Both the position numbers and the translations under genes were made by a program. The notes beneath the pieces were generated by a model. That model was not told where the DNA came from and ran no database searches. It saw nothing but the letters and a program-made list of their open reading frames with translations. A stretch of 64,000 nucleotides of DNA, from the NCBI GenBank assembly GCA_964016885.1, contig OZ024741.1:104284001-104348000 (forward strand). Reading direction: 5' to 3'. Shown here in pieces: positions 1 to 13,755 of the stretch; the first letter of the stretch is position 1; each line of letters opens with the position of its first letter. The DNA is from Eledone cirrhosa. Lineage: Eukaryota.

Positions 1-639
1 GAGGGAGAGACAGTGGCGTTAGAATCAATAAAAAACCTTTTGCAATACTAAATAATTATTTCATTATTTCAAAGTCTTTCGGATGAAATTAGTGAGTTCA
101 ATAAGCTAAACAGTTGGTTTATTGATTGAGATCGATAATAGTTGAGTTCAACAAAGTGGTTGTTATTGGTTTGTTTTATTGAAAAAAAGTCTCTCTCTTT
201 CACACACACCCACTCGCATAAACACACACCTACACACATAAACACACACTTACACACATTAATACACACACACGTAAACATACACAAAAACACAAATAAA
301 TACATAAACATATACATAAACACACATACACACACAAACACAAACACACACATACATACACACACACACACATACTCTCAGTCAACCAAGAGAAGAGAAT
401 CAGAGTTCTTCAAAGAAGTTATGAAAAAAGAATGAAACTACCTTTAACAATGATGACACTGTAGAATGGTGTATGGGGCGCGATTTGTGTATGGTGTGCT
501 GCTTGTGTATGAGTTATTGCCTGTGTATAGGGTGTGGCCTGTATAGCGGGTGTTACCTGAGTATGGCGTGTAGCCTGTGTATGAGAACAAAGCCTAGAGC
601 AGATTAAGAAGGATAAGTCAGAAAGTAAACTTTTCTTCT

Positions 640-1060
640 TCGACATTTCGCATCCTTATTAGTGATGGTCAGGGACTAGGAATAATTTATATCCTCTTCC
701 TCGCCCTGACCGTGAACTCTGCCAGCGTTCTTCCCATCAAATCCCCGTGTCATCATTTCAGTGTCTTCTTAGTCTTCCTTTCGATCTTCTGCAATTAATG
801 CACCCCTTCAGGATATGTGTGCACAGATTCCAGGCCCTGATGAAATGGCCAAAGTATTGCAGCTTCCGCTTCCCAAGGGTGAGGACTATCTACTTCTCTG
901 ATCCCATCTCCTCTAGGACTGACTCGTTAGTTTTGTGATCCTTTTAGTTGATGTGCAGTGCCTGCCTATAACATGTCTCAAACGACATCCTTTTGTTAAC
1001 ATCAATGGTTTTCAGAAAGTAGATACTCGTGATATAATAAGTCCCGTGGGGGTAATGTCT
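640..1060 (-). mobile_element. RTE-clade LINE 3' remnant
   Basis: Minus-strand translation with stops gives CYRQALHIN*KDHKTNESVLEEMG...RKLQYFGHFIR...ILKG...RSKGRLRR, the typical RTE C-terminus. Confidence 0.7.
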
Positions 1061-1261
1061 CATGACTTTACCTCTAGGAGTGGATTAGTTCATAGATTTA
1101 GTAAATATTTGGGTGAACTAAAAGTTAGAATTAAAGTAGTAATAAAACATGCTACAGTTGAAACTTGAACTGTCACCAATTCTAAAAAAGTGCACCAAAG
1201 AGACTCCTCGCCATACAACCGATGTCCATACAGGTTATTATACAATGTTCTCCAACGGACT

Positions 1262-1817
1262 GCCCTAATATCACCTTATGGCCGTATAGTGACCGTACTG
1301 GCTACCATACAATGAAACATACACTATATTACAGCGTAATACTCTCATATCGCCATATGGCTGTGTAGTATCCGTACAGGCCACCATAGAATTTGACATA
1401 CACTGTATTACCGCGAAATACTCCCACACCACCATATGACCGTTTAGTGTCCGTACAAGCTACCACAGTATGAAATATAAACTGTATTACACTGGAATAC
1501 TCTTATATCACCATGTAACCATTTAGTATCCTTACAGGCTACCATACAATAAAACACACTGTATAACAGCGGAATACTGTCTCATCACTATATGAACTTG
1601 TCGTGTCAGTACACGCTACCATAGAATAAACCCTCATGTCACTATATGGCCGTGTAGTGTCCTTACAGGCTACCATAGAATGAAACATACACTGTATTAC
1701 AGCGGAATATTCTCAGATCACCATATGGCCGTGTAGTATCCGTACAGGCCACTATAGAATTGAACATACAATGTATTCCAGGGGATTACCCTAGCATCAC
1801 CATATGACCGTATAGTG
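1262..1817. repeat. Diverged ~79-bp tandem minisatellite (~7 units)
   Basis: The motif atcaccatatggccgtgtagt..ccgtacaggctaccatagaat..aacatacactgtattac recurs at ~79-bp spacing (about 1268, 1347, 1426, 1505), with one shortened unit. Confidence 0.85.
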
Positions 1818-2172
1818 CGGGTGGTGGTGGTGGTGGTGGTAATGATAGTAGTAGTAATGATGAAGGAATGGTGGGGGTGGAGATGATGTTAGTGATAGTA
1901 TTGGTGAGAATAGCGTGGTATGTTTGTTGGTTATTTAGTGCCTAGTAACGGGTTGCAGCTATGGCAGCAACATCAGTTTTCTCCATCAAAAGATTTAAAC
2001 AAATTCTAACAAAGATACGAGATTGTTATTTCATTGTTTTTACAGTACAACACTGATTACATGTTGATAGTTTGAATTATTGCTTCATACACACACTAGA
2101 CAGCATTTTCCATCCATTAGGGAAAGACTTGATTTACACACATACACACACACAGAAATATGCATACGAATA

Positions 2173-2206
<34 letters not shown>

Positions 2207-2246
2207 TTTTGCGAGGTTTTTGATATGAAATCGTGTGTCGAAACAA

Positions 2247-3057
2247 ATATTGTTATACTTGGGGAGGGTCATATTTGTGTAATATTGCCAGAATTAATAA
2301 CAGAACACACTCACTGTTTGGTTGGTTTTCGCTTTTCGCTTCTGTGTCTTTTATATCGGTTAATTTAATTTATTCGGTCCTCAATGTTGCCATTGACTGA
2401 CCAACGGTCAAAAATACAGATACAATATAGACACAAACACATATATATAGTTTATCAAAGTTCTTTCGTTGCACATCTGCAACATCGTCAGTGGTGCTAT
2501 TGTTTTCTCCCGTTGCATTGTATGTCTACGCCATCTTTATTTAGTCTGTTTATATATTATTTATTTGTTTATTTTTTTGTCTTCTTTGCGCATGCGTTTG
2601 CGTGTGTGTATAGTGTTTTGTTTGATGTGTGTTCGTGTTTGGGTGACTGTGTATTGGTTAATATATTCTATCTTTACTAGTGTGTGTTTATATGTGTTTG
2701 TTGTTATTGTGCTTGTGTATGTATTTATTTATTTATCTATTTATTTATTTTTTATACTTCTCTTAGGTCAGTGTTGTTTGTTTGGGTGTTGTTGTTATTC
2801 CATTCATTTTTTCTGTTTAGCCTTGGCCTTCTAAGTTCTATTTCGCTGGCCTCTCTGATTTGCCTATCTGCTGGGTCATTTCTATGTTTAGATATTATTC
2901 TAATTTCTATGTTGTCTATGTTACCGTCGTGTTGTTGTCTGGCATGTTCGTATAGTACTGAAAGACACAGAAGCGAAAAGCGAAAACCAACCAAACAGTG
3001 AGTGTGTTCTGTTATTAATTCTGGCAATATTACACAAATATGACCCTCCCCAAGTAT

Positions 3058-3065
<8 letters not shown>
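2247..3065. repeat. 105-bp inverted repeat pair (2247-2351 / 2961-3065), PLE pseudo-LTR-like
   Basis: The arms are reverse complements. The left arm overlaps an HHR 3' half (GAAA caaatattg TT). A related sequence occurs at ~57690-57720, and the region is bounded by (TA)n. Confidence 0.75.
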
Positions 3066-3107
<42 letters not shown>

Positions 3108-3974
3108 ATAATAATAAATATATACATACATATTTATATATTTGTACATGTATATGAATGATTATTTACTATAGAAATTGATTTGGTCGATGATATTGGG
3201 TTTTCAATAAAGTCAATATCGTGTATGGAAAAAATATAATGTTTTGTATTGTGTTGCTGTAACAACTGACATAGTTTGTTTTATTAGGTGTGTAATCGTA
3301 TTAAATATTCTATGACTAAAGAGATAGATCCGGTCGAACAATAGCTGTCATCTGCTCGCCATTACAGCATATGTCAAAAGTTAACTATCACTAGATCTGA
3401 TGCACTTGGCTGCTTAATCTAAAAAGCTTTAATTTGATTGTTAGTTTGCTGGTTTATTTATCGTAATTTGTATTGTTATTGTATTTTTTTAATCTTTTAT
3501 CTTGTTCAGACCATCCCTCAAACATTTGCCAATCACATTCATGACATCGATAAGAAAAAAAACCCTGTTAGTGCAGCAATGATAGTTGTTAACAGAAATA
3601 ATGCTTCACAATTGACATAAAAGATCATGTTACTTCCCTGAGGAAATATTAGGAGGGTATGAAAGGGGGTACGAAAGGGGGTACGAAGAGGGTATGAAAG
3701 GGGGTACGAAGGGGATATGAAAGGGGGTACGAAGAGGATATGAAAGAGATTCGTCTTCCTATCTGCCCTCTTGGTATTTACCTCAAAATCGTAGAAAAGA
3801 AGATAGCTGTTATCACCAAATAAACATATTAGAGAATATCGTGGGCAAAACACGAAGAACTAAAAATAGCCAAAAGTATGAATTATTCTTAAATTGTTAA
3901 TAGAAAACAAAGTGAATGGGAAGAGAAGAGGATGAAAACCAAGAATTAAACCAAAGGGTAAATTCCTGAGGTCT

Positions 3975-4545
3975 GCTTGTAGATGTGATAATTGTTGAAA
4001 CTTCCTGCTCAGGTGATGGAAGACAGGATGCTGAACTAAGTGCAAGAACTGCAGGAGCTGGTGCAATAATGTACGAGCTTCAGCATACGGTCATCAGAAG
4101 ATGAGCATACATGCATGGTCCCGTAACTTCTGAGGGAGTTGTAGGGGCACCGTATTGACATACGGCAATTCTAGGGCATTTTAAAACCTGGCGGAGCCCA
4201 ATCCTCTCCAGGTCAGAACACAGCAGATTTCTTCTAGAGAAGGATAGAGAGAGTAAGAGAATAGAAGTGTGAAAGATATCCAGAAGAATCGATCCCAGTA
4301 CTGGACTGGTACTTTTTTGAACACTGAGAGCAGAGAGTCGAAACGAATACTCCAAAGCATTCTATCCGAGGGTCTCACGACTCAGCCAATTCAACGCTTT
4401 CAGAAGAAGGGAGAGGGGTGTGAGGACTAAACTTGCTATATTCATTTCCGTATTCATGTCAATCCTCAACTATGCTCATGAATCTTGGGTAATGACCGAA
4501 GGAATACGGTCGCAAATACATGCGGCTGAAATGGGGTTCCTCCGA
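3975..4545 (+). mobile_element. RTE LINE RT C-terminal remnant split by a SINE
   Basis: DGRQDAELSART...QHTVIR | ...KLAIFISVFMSILNYAHESWVMTEGIRSQIHAAEMGFLR rejoins across the insertion. Confidence 0.75.
4102..4399 (-). mobile_element. SINE with 8-bp TSD TCAGAAGA
   Basis: TCAGAAGA at 4094-4101 and 4400-4407. The core gtaccagtccagtactgggatcgat is shared with other SINEs here, and a related copy lies at ~19205-19470. Confidence 0.7.
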
Positions 4546-4854
4546 AGTGAGAATAAATATATATATATATAGGCTGACTGAATACACACGTGTTTTTTTC
4601 TAAAAAAAAATTCTTTTCCGTTCATTTCTCTTCTCACTCTCTATCTTTCTGTTTCATCTTTTATTTCTCGTGCTATCTTCTAAAGAAAGAATAGTGTCCG
4701 AAACGTAAAGACTCTTTTCTTACTATACCAAACGTTAAACTAACATATTTCTTTATTGTACTGTGTCGTTTGATTTGTTATTTCTGTTTACTTTTTGCAT
4801 ACCTATACGAACACACATACGCACACACATATGCACACGCGCGCACGCACACGC

Positions 4855-4933
<79 letters not shown>

Positions 4934-5389
4934 TAGAGAGATGTAAACTCTCGACCGCGGTCAAGATTTTACATATCTTTATACCCACTCTGCATCTCCA
5001 CATGCATTGAGTACTCCCATGATTACTCATACGCACACACACACACGCACACACACACACACACACACACGCACACACACACACAAATATATATATATAT
5101 ATATAAAAACCACAGACCCTCCATCTCAACTCACCTTTTGAAAAGCAGAAGAACTGCGAGACCGGTAAAGGAACCAAATAAATATATATATTTTTTTTAA
5201 AATAAGACTCCAGTTGCATTTTCGATTTCATCTCTTTTTCTTTATATATATATATATATATATTCATTAGTTAAGTAAAACAAGAGCACAAATTTCACAA
5301 GGAAGACATTATTAAAAGATTGTCAACATAGTTTTAGTTTAATGTAAGGAATGTAGAGAATAATAATAATAATAATAATATTAATAATA

Positions 5390-5575
5390 ATTGTTTCTAC
5401 TCTTTGGCACAAGGCCAGCAATTACCCAGTGCATTACTGGTACTTTATTTTATCGACCCTGTAAGGATGAAAGGCAAAGTTAACCTCGGCGGGATTTGAA
5501 CTCAGAATGGCAAGGGCCGTAACTCTATGCGTCAAAGCATAGCGTCCGACCCTCTACCGATACTGCCAATCCAAT
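5390..5575 (-). mobile_element. Abundant tRNA-derived SINE (octopus OK-SINE-like)
   Basis: On the minus strand: B-box-like gagttcaaatccc, core gaggttaactttgcctttcatcctt..gggtcgataaaataaagtaccag, and an (ATT)n tail. More than 15 copies occur in the window. Confidence 0.8.
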
Positions 5576-6084
5576 GTCCGTTTACAATTGTTTCGCTACT
5601 CCATATAATTTTTCTGAATCAAATGATTATAGATCATTATTGATCTGGTTCAGTTGAAAATAATTAACTTAGGTACAATTAGAGCAGCTCATCGGAACTT
5701 CAAAAGGAATATAAATTAAAATAAAGAAAGAATGTTACATGAATGTAATGTTCCATATATTGGTATTTCACTATGGTGTCCTGGGTATATCTATTGTCTG
5801 CCATAGTCGAGAAGTATTCTTCTGTCGAGGCTGCATTGTGTGAGATCTGCCTATGGGTAACAAGATGGCCGCCAATGGGCATATTTACCTTACTAATTAG
5901 AGGGTGGTTTCAGGGTAAGTAACTCCTCGAGAAATTAGAAATTGTGGGTAGTTTATAGTTAAGAAGTGCTAATTTTTTTAATTTAGAGACAATGTAAGGG
6001 AGGTAACTTATAATTATCTAAGTTAGCTATAACTATTTAACTTATTAGCTATAAGTAAAAATGGGGCTAGATGACTATATTGGA

Positions 6085-8584
6085 TCAAATATTCTGTTGG
6101 CGAAGGAATTAGCCCTTCGATGTTGACAGCTAATAGTTACCTCCGTTCTATCGTTAATCGGTAGAGGTCGTGATAGAGTTATGTAATATGCTTCGGTAAG
6201 ACAGAGGTCACAAGAGTTTCTTCGTCCATTGAACGGTTGGGCCCTAGCCAAGATATCCCATGTTAGTGAGTGTTCAATGTTGGTTAATTTAAGGTTTTTA
6301 ATGAGCCTAGCTAGAGATGTCGAACATCTGTTGTTAGGGTCTCGGAAGGAAAAAGTGTGCGCGTTATGGCGTACCTTAAAAGGGTTAAAGGTAGAGCCGA
6401 TATAGGAGCTTGTATGCGAAGCAGTTTTAACTGTGCACCTATAAACTATATTGGGTGTCAGGCAATGTCCATTTAGTGGACATGCATTAGGGTAACGGCA
6501 GTTGCAGTTACTTCTGCGGTTAGTGAGAGTAGGGTTGTTTAAACTATGCGGTTGGTCCGTGCTAGAAGGATTAGATGGGGGAGGTGTGCTACTAGAGTAA
6601 GTATTGGTGTAGTGGCGTGGTGTATTTGATGGGGGTGGTGGTACCGCGGTGTGGGAGTTATACTGTCTTAGTTTATGATGGTTACTGAATGCGATGTGGC
6701 TAACTAGGTTAGGTGTTGTGGAGAGTGAGATTTTAATGTTGTTTTTATTAAAGAGTTTGTAATATCTATGGTTGAGGGAGTGGGGGAATGTTTAGATAGG
6801 ATAGAGAAGAAGCGTTTAGGGATATTAGTGGCTAGATTAGATGCGAATGGGGCGTTAAGCCAGGTGATATTTCTAGGCCTATTCCTTCTAGGGGTTCTAG
6901 TGGAGTTGGTATGGGCCTTCATAGGGTTATTATTACCTGGGAATTTGTTATTTGTCATCCCATTGCTCATTCCTATTCTAGGGTTGATTTTTAGTTTGCT
7001 ACTTGGAGTGGGAAGTAGGCCACTGCCACCATTAAGGTTCCCTGTATAGGTGCTGTTACTGATAAAATTCCGGCGGATCTGGCTATATGCTAAGGTATTT
7101 CTAGTTCTAGTGTTAAGTTTATTATGGTTGTGGTGAAGTGCTGTGTTATGGCATTTAGGTATGTAGTAATTGGACTGTTCATAACCAGATTCAGAAAGAG
7201 CCTTATTATAATATGCCGCATATTTATAAATATCTCGTCATTTGCTGATAGCATGGAGATCCTATACGAGATAGATTTGATTACTGCTCTGATGACTGCC
7301 GGTGGGTGGTTAGTGTGTGGGTTAATATATGTAAGTATTTCACCTGGTTTATGATAAGGGTAATATAGGTTATTGTTAAGATCTAGAGTAACGCCCAGGA
7401 AGTTTACTACTTTATGGTTCGGCTCGATGGTGATAGAGAGACCGTTATTTTTAAAGAATCTATGTAATTGTTTTTTGAGCAAGTCAATGCCTCGATTAGT
7501 GCAATTGTGGACTGCAAATAGGGCGTCGTCCCTATATACTCCGCCTTGCAAGGGTTGGATTTCAGCTCTGATGTTATGTAATAGGTAAATTCCAACTAAA
7601 TCGGTGATTTGCGCAGAGTCGCTTGAGCCCATAGTGATGTCAAAGTTGTCTGTTCTGTCTTTTCTAGTCCAGAGTGCCCTATTGAATTCATGATGGTCTG
7701 CCTAGCCATAAGTATGATGTCAATCTCATTATTGGTTATGTCAGAGTTGGTGCTGGTTAGGGTTAATGCTTTGTTGAACAGTGCCGGGGTTATCGAAGCG
7801 TAGTTGGTGTCAATGTCAAATTGGAGGAACCTCATAGATTCCTTCGACCTTAGATCGGAGAACCATCTAATGACTTGGCCGGTGTTGGACCACAGCTTGT
7901 AGGTGATATTATCTCGTAGCCCAGGGATGATCCTATCAAGGATGTTCTTACTGATACGACCCAAGTCAGATGTGGTTGGGCTTATAAATCTAATAGATGG
8001 GTTCTCTATAAAGTTTGGTTTGTGATCCTTGAGAGAAAACCTTGGGATTGTAGGTAAATAAGGGTGGGTAAATCTATCCAGATGCAAGTCCTTAACCAAA
8101 GCCTGGGCTTTTCGGTTAAGTAAGTTTACACTGGAGGGTATAGTTTTTTTTATAGTTTTTATTAAGTTCCTTAAGAAGGAATGAGTTGTAAGTTTCAGGA
8201 GTCATGATGTATAGATGTTTAGTTTTGTCAGACATAACATGTAAGAGGTGGCTATCTTTAAATTTTTTTATAGTTGTTGCTAATTTTGTGAGGAAATTAT
8301 TCTTGTGTCTATAATGCTTTTTGAATTTAATGCTCCTGACGAAATTAAATAGATCTTTCTCAAAAGGGTTCAGCAGGATGTTGTGTGGAGGGTTCTTGCA
8401 GGTGGTAAATCCATATCTATTTGCTGTACTTCCGGCATCAGCAGCACCAGCACGGTCGAAGTGGAAGGCCTTCCATCGTATTCTTCGGATGAAAGAATTG
8501 ACACTCTGTATTAGGAGTTTGAGTCTTCCTGTCCGGGATAGGAATGGACTTAAGTGATATCCTGAGTTCCTGCTTGCTCAACAT
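6085..8584 (-). mobile_element. Near full-length decayed Penelope-like element ORF (RT + C-terminal GIY-YIG)
   Basis: Frameshifted pieces: LKDHKPNF..RFISPTTSDLG, QFDIDTNYASI, MGSSDSAQITDLVG, YRDDAL, FLGVTLDL, PYHKP, NHPP, then CNCR..CPLNGHCL..VY..YIGST..FKVRH..CDLCLTE, with a stop at 6085-6087. Confidence 0.92.
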
Positions 8585-8780
8585 GGTGACTTCTAACAGT
8601 AAGTAGCTCAACTGCGGGAGCTCAAGTATACACAGTTCAAGAGTAACCAATCTTAAAGAGAGAGATGGAGATAGGAGAGAAGATAGGAGAGAAGATAGGA
8701 GAGAAGAGAAGAGAGATTGGTGAATTAGAAGCCAAAGCGTAAAGGCATGTGCTCAATGTGCAATATGCAGTGGAAGGCAG

Positions 8781-8855
<75 letters not shown>

Positions 8856-8940
8856 TTTTACATATCTTTATACCCACTCTGCATCTCCACATGCATTGAG
8901 TACTTCCATGATTGGTACTTGCCTCGGTCTCAACACCGCA

Positions 8941-8999
<59 letters not shown>

Positions 9000-9359
9000 T
9001 ATATGACATATAATTCCATATATAAAACACATCACACATAATAAATACAATAAAAGCTCCATCAATATCCTGTTAATATTCATAATTTCGATTATGTTTT
9101 AGTTGTGGTCGTTATCTCTACATAACATTTAGTTGTAAATGTCAACTGACAATCTATAGCATCTCTTTCTTTATTTTTCTTTCATCCTTCACGACCTACG
9201 CCATGTTGGATCATCTTTGTGTCTCTGTGCGTGCGTATGTGTATGTTGTGTGTATGTGTGTGTATGTCCGTATGTGTGTGTATATGTGTGTATGCGTGTT
9301 TGTATGTAGGTGTGTGTATATATATGTATTTTGTTTTGTTTTAGCCATAACAGAAAATG

Positions 9360-9490
9360 CACGAGCTTGTGTTTAGAGAGATGGGGTTACGATTGCAAGC
9401 CGTAGGTCGATACCCTGGTCGGGTGGTAAATTGCAAATTGTGTCCTTAAGCCATTTCATTTCCCATTACTTCAATCCACTCAGCTGGATT
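9360..9490 (+). mobile_element. Degenerate tRNA-derived SINE
   Basis: tRNA-like head with ggtcgatacc, followed by gtgtccttaagc..acttcaatccactcagctg core. Confidence 0.5.
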
Positions 9491-9922
9491 GCTAGTGTTG
9501 TTGTCGTTGTCGTTGTTGGTATTGTCGTCGTTGTTATTGATGTCGTTGTTGTTGATGTCGTTGTTTTGTTGCTGTCGTTGTTGTTGATATTCTTGTTGGT
9601 GTTATTGTTGTCGCTGTTATCGTTGTTGTATTTGTTGCTGTTTTTGTCCTCGTTGTAGTTTCTTGTTATACTTAGTATTGTTATTTGTTGGAACAGCAAG
9701 TTGCTGAAGGTTGTTTCATATTGGTTCTAGACTTTTCCCCGAGCTGTTACCTGTACAATATAACCTCCGCCGAAAACTAACTAACTAACTATATATATTA
9801 TGCCCCTTTCACAGTCGCCATTAATATTTTTGTTTACGATGCATGGAGACGTAAATCTATTGTGAATAGTTTCAACCAGATTGGACGGTATATTTATTGA
9901 CAGACATTGTATTAACAAACAC

Positions 9923-9979
9923 ATTTCTCTGAAGAGCCCGCATGATTCTTTAATGCGGGTGAAACATTATGTAAGAATT
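9923..9979 (+). ncRNA. Minimal type I hammerhead ribozyme
   Basis: ttct CTGAAGA gcccgcat(gattcttta)atgcgggt GAAA cattatg TA agaa: intact core, 8-bp stem II, minimal stem III and stem I ttct/agaa. Confidence 0.85.
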
Positions 9980-10327
9980 GTATAAAGAACTTGTTATAAC
10001 GGCTAGTAACTCCTTCATTTGCTTATATATATATATATATATATATTTATTCGGGTTTGAGGTTCACCACTGTATAGAGCTGGTCTATTCCGTATGGTCA
10101 ATCGTAATGCAATAATATAGAGAGTACTCAACGTAATGCAGTTCAACCGTCTTTGTTTTTGTAGTTGGTGGTGCTATTACGGAGTTAAATATTATAATGA
10201 AATGACAGGAGGCTGGATTTTCGAGGGCGACCGGTTGAGGTTGAAGGAACAGAATAGCGGTCAACCTCGGGCCCTCGATTTTCAGCCCAATGAATTTTAT
10301 CTATTACATTCACGTATTATATTTCGA

Positions 10328-10385
10328 ATACCTGATGATATCACCGGATTCATACGGAACCCGGTCATTGAAATGATCATAGTAT
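10328..10385 (+). ncRNA. Minimal type I hammerhead ribozyme
   Basis: atac CTGATGA tatcaccgg..ccggtcatt GAAA tgatca TA gtat: palindromic stem III, stem I atac/gtat. Flanked by a ~27-bp inverted repeat (~10193-10220 / ~10410-10437). Confidence 0.8.
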
Positions 10386-10433
10386 AATAAACCTTTCAAG
10401 GATTTACACAAATCTAGCCTCCTGTCATTTCAT

Positions 10434-10482
<49 letters not shown>

Positions 10483-10523
10483 CGAAACATAATTCAATTG
10501 CATGAACTCATAATCCTTTATTT

Positions 10524-10579
10524 ACTGCTATATATATTTCGATGATAGCCATTGAATGGCTATGACCTCATCAGGCAGT
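10524..10579 (-). ncRNA. Minimal type I hammerhead ribozyme
   Basis: Reverse complement reads actgc CTGATGA ggtcatagccat(tca)atggctatcatc GAAA tatata TA gcagt: perfect core, 5-bp stem I, palindromic stem III. Confidence 0.88.
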
Positions 10580-10990
10580 TAGTCAGTTCTTAGATATGCC
10601 ACCTCTGTGTTTATAGTGTTGATGGTATCAGAGCCTTGGGACATATGAGCTTGTTAGGAATAATTTAATGTTGTCAGCAGGAATAGTCTTGATTCTCATT
10701 GGTCAGTTTGTAGATGGTAGTAGGGTTGGTATTTGACCTCAAAGAGGCAGGTAGTTCTGTAAAGTTCAAACCGTCAGGCAAGATGACAATAGTTCCATAT
10801 GACTGATTTTCACAAAAGGCATTCCTGGTCAGATATATATTAAAATAAGGTTAATAGTATGAAAGAGATACTACAGGTCATTCTTAAATTGAGGAATTTA
10901 TGTGGAGTGGTGCTACTGAAAATTATGGTTGGAGTAGAAAAAATATATATATATATATATATATTTGGAAACTCTGCTTCGAAGAATCGA

Positions 10991-11085
10991 GGCGTACCTG
11001 AGGATCTTGCGATTTCAGAGTCAGGTTCGATCATTGCATCGATCGTACCTCGAGCTGGTCGCCAGAGAAACGATTGTAATATGTC
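10991..11085 (+). ncRNA. Hammerhead ribozyme with extended (~62-nt) stem II
   Basis: ggcgtac CTGAGGA tcttgcgat..gtcgccaga GAAA cgattg TA atatgtc. Homologous copies lie at 31290-31384 and 47544-47635. Confidence 0.75.
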
Positions 11086-11129
11086 TAATAAAATTTAATT
11101 CGTTGCACCACTGATTCTCCGTTTCTTAT

Positions 11130-11180
<51 letters not shown>

Positions 11181-11260
11181 TCAGTTTATATAAGTTTATC
11201 CCGGGTTCAACCGGGGGAAACCACAGTAAGTAAGGTCCTGTGTCCTGTGCGCTCCCTATT

Positions 11261-11338
<78 letters not shown>

Positions 11339-11341
<3 letters not shown>

Positions 11342-13755
11342 CTTACAGAACAACTTTTTTGATTTCGATAGCAGTACTTACAAGCAAATATCGGGGACTG
11401 CGATGGGTACAAAAGCCGCTCCAACTTATGCCAACTTAATCATGGCATACTTAGAAGTCCAGATATATGAACAGTCCAAATCAAAATACGGATTGAACTT
11501 CCACAAATATTTATCAGAGAATTGGAAACGCTACTTGGTTGATTGTTTCATTCTTTGGTCCCACACACTCGACCAACTGAATGATTTCAAAAATTTTATT
11601 AACGGCATCAATAACCACATCCAATTCACAATGGAATACAGTCAAGATCAACTCCCATTTCTGGACATCTTAATCTTAAAAAAAGACACAAATATTGAAA
11701 CTGACATACACTACAAACCAACAGATTCCAACCATCTAAAGCACACGAAGACGAACATTCCTTTTAACCTAGCAAGAAGAATTTGCACAATTGTCTCCAA
11801 TTATGAAACGCGAAATAAAAGACTTCAAGAATTAAAGGAAATTCTACTCGAAAGACAGTACCCACCATTACTAATAAACAATGGAATAGAAAGGGCTAAA
11901 GCAATAGGCATTGATGAATTCCGAAAACAGAAACAAATTCAAGGTACGTCCAATATTCTATCATATATCTCAACACACAACCCAAGAAATGCGGAAGCTT
12001 ACAACACTATTCACAAGAACATCCCACTATTGAAACAAGACCCAAGAATGAAAAAAAGCCCTTGAAACACACAAAATAATCAAAAGCAAAAGACAACCGC
12101 AATCACTGAAAACATTACTCACCAATGCCAAATTACCTACCACATACCCACAACCAACTATCAAAAAATGTGGTCGCTCTAATTGTGGAACCTGACTCAC
12201 CTCATTGAAGGCAACACGTATACATTTCAATCAGGACAAAATTTTGCTCTAAAATATCACTTCACTTGCTCATCAAAAAATCTAATTTATGCCATTAAAT
12301 GTAAAGGATGCAATGAAGATTATATAGGACAAACTAAACTCACACTCAGAAACAGAATGACGGTTCATCGCCAACAATTACGAGATCCAACCACGAGACA
12401 GATACCACTAAGCGCATATCTAGACATATGCGCAACTAATAAGACACCCAAATTCCAAGTCTTCCCATTTTACCTTTGCGCTGACAATACAACAGAACAA
12501 ATACGAATAAATAAGGAAAATATGTTTATTCAAAAATATAGACTAGCATTAAATATGGTTTAATATACATTATGTCAACACCATAACATGCTAACCACCC
12601 AAACAGACACATACACACACACATAACACCTTCTACTTTAGAAAATAAAAACCCGAACTAAATAAACCTTAACATACGTTTGCGCTGACAATACAATAGA
12701 ACAAATACGAATAAGGAAAATATGTTCATTCAAAAATATTTCTACTAACGGAATCATTTTCCTACACACACACACACACAAAATATATATTCTCTTCATC
12801 TTAACATGCTAACCATACTCCCACACACCCATTAACACCCATACACAGACACATAACACCCCCCCCCCCACACACACAAGTCCCTCCTCCATTTCTACTA
12901 ATAGAATTACTTTCCTACAAACATACACACACACAAAATATATATATTCTCTCCATCTTAACATACTCCCACACACATACACACACATAACACCCATACA
13001 CACACACACACACAACTCCCTCCCCCATTTCTACTAATAGAATCATCTTCCTATACACACACACACACACAAGCACACAAATAAAGATACATATCTCTAC
13101 TTTCTTTATTTCAATAGAAAGTCTGAATTCTGACACCCCAGCGAACCAGCAATATTCACTGAACCAGAACAATTCTTCCATCCCATTTCTCTTGACCATT
13201 ATCTTTTGTTTGTCATAAAATTCTCTAAAAGGCTACAAAATAAATTCCCAAATACGGATGCGAATTTGAATGAACTTGTTCACGTGACAGTCATAATTTC
13301 ATTTATAACCAATCAAATTACATTTATTTAAAAAAAGCCTTCGTGAGCCACTTTTTTTTAAGTAAAAAGAAATTCAAACAAACTGACGCGAAAGCTGATC
13401 TGCTTATTCACGTGCATTAACCAACCAAACTCCACTCATATATGAAAAAACAACCTGAGCCCCCCTCCCCACTTGTTTGAAGAACTTTGTAACGCGAACT
13501 GGCGCGAAATTTATTATACTTATTGACCAACCAATCAAATTACTTCTCTAAAAACCTGGCGTTTCGAGCCACTTTTTTTCCATATAAAACAAGTAACATT
13601 CTAAGACCAACCAGATGTGAGAAAACCCACAAACCTTCCATCTCAACTCTACTTTTGAAAAGCAGAAGAACTGCGAAACCGGTAAAAGAACCAAATAAAT
13701 ATATATATTTAAAAAAAATAAGACTCCAGTTGCATTTCCGATTTCATCTTTTTTT

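Noticed and set aside
4676-4711. Minimal hammerhead CTAAAGA..GAAA cg TA (similar relic at ~3312-3352)
   Set aside because: The G5A core mutation and collapsed stem II make it a dead relic
12185-12215. TGA at an expected Cys codon of the PLE (possible selenocysteine)
   Set aside because: The frame shifts at the same point, so a 1-nt deletion in TGY ACT CAC explains it
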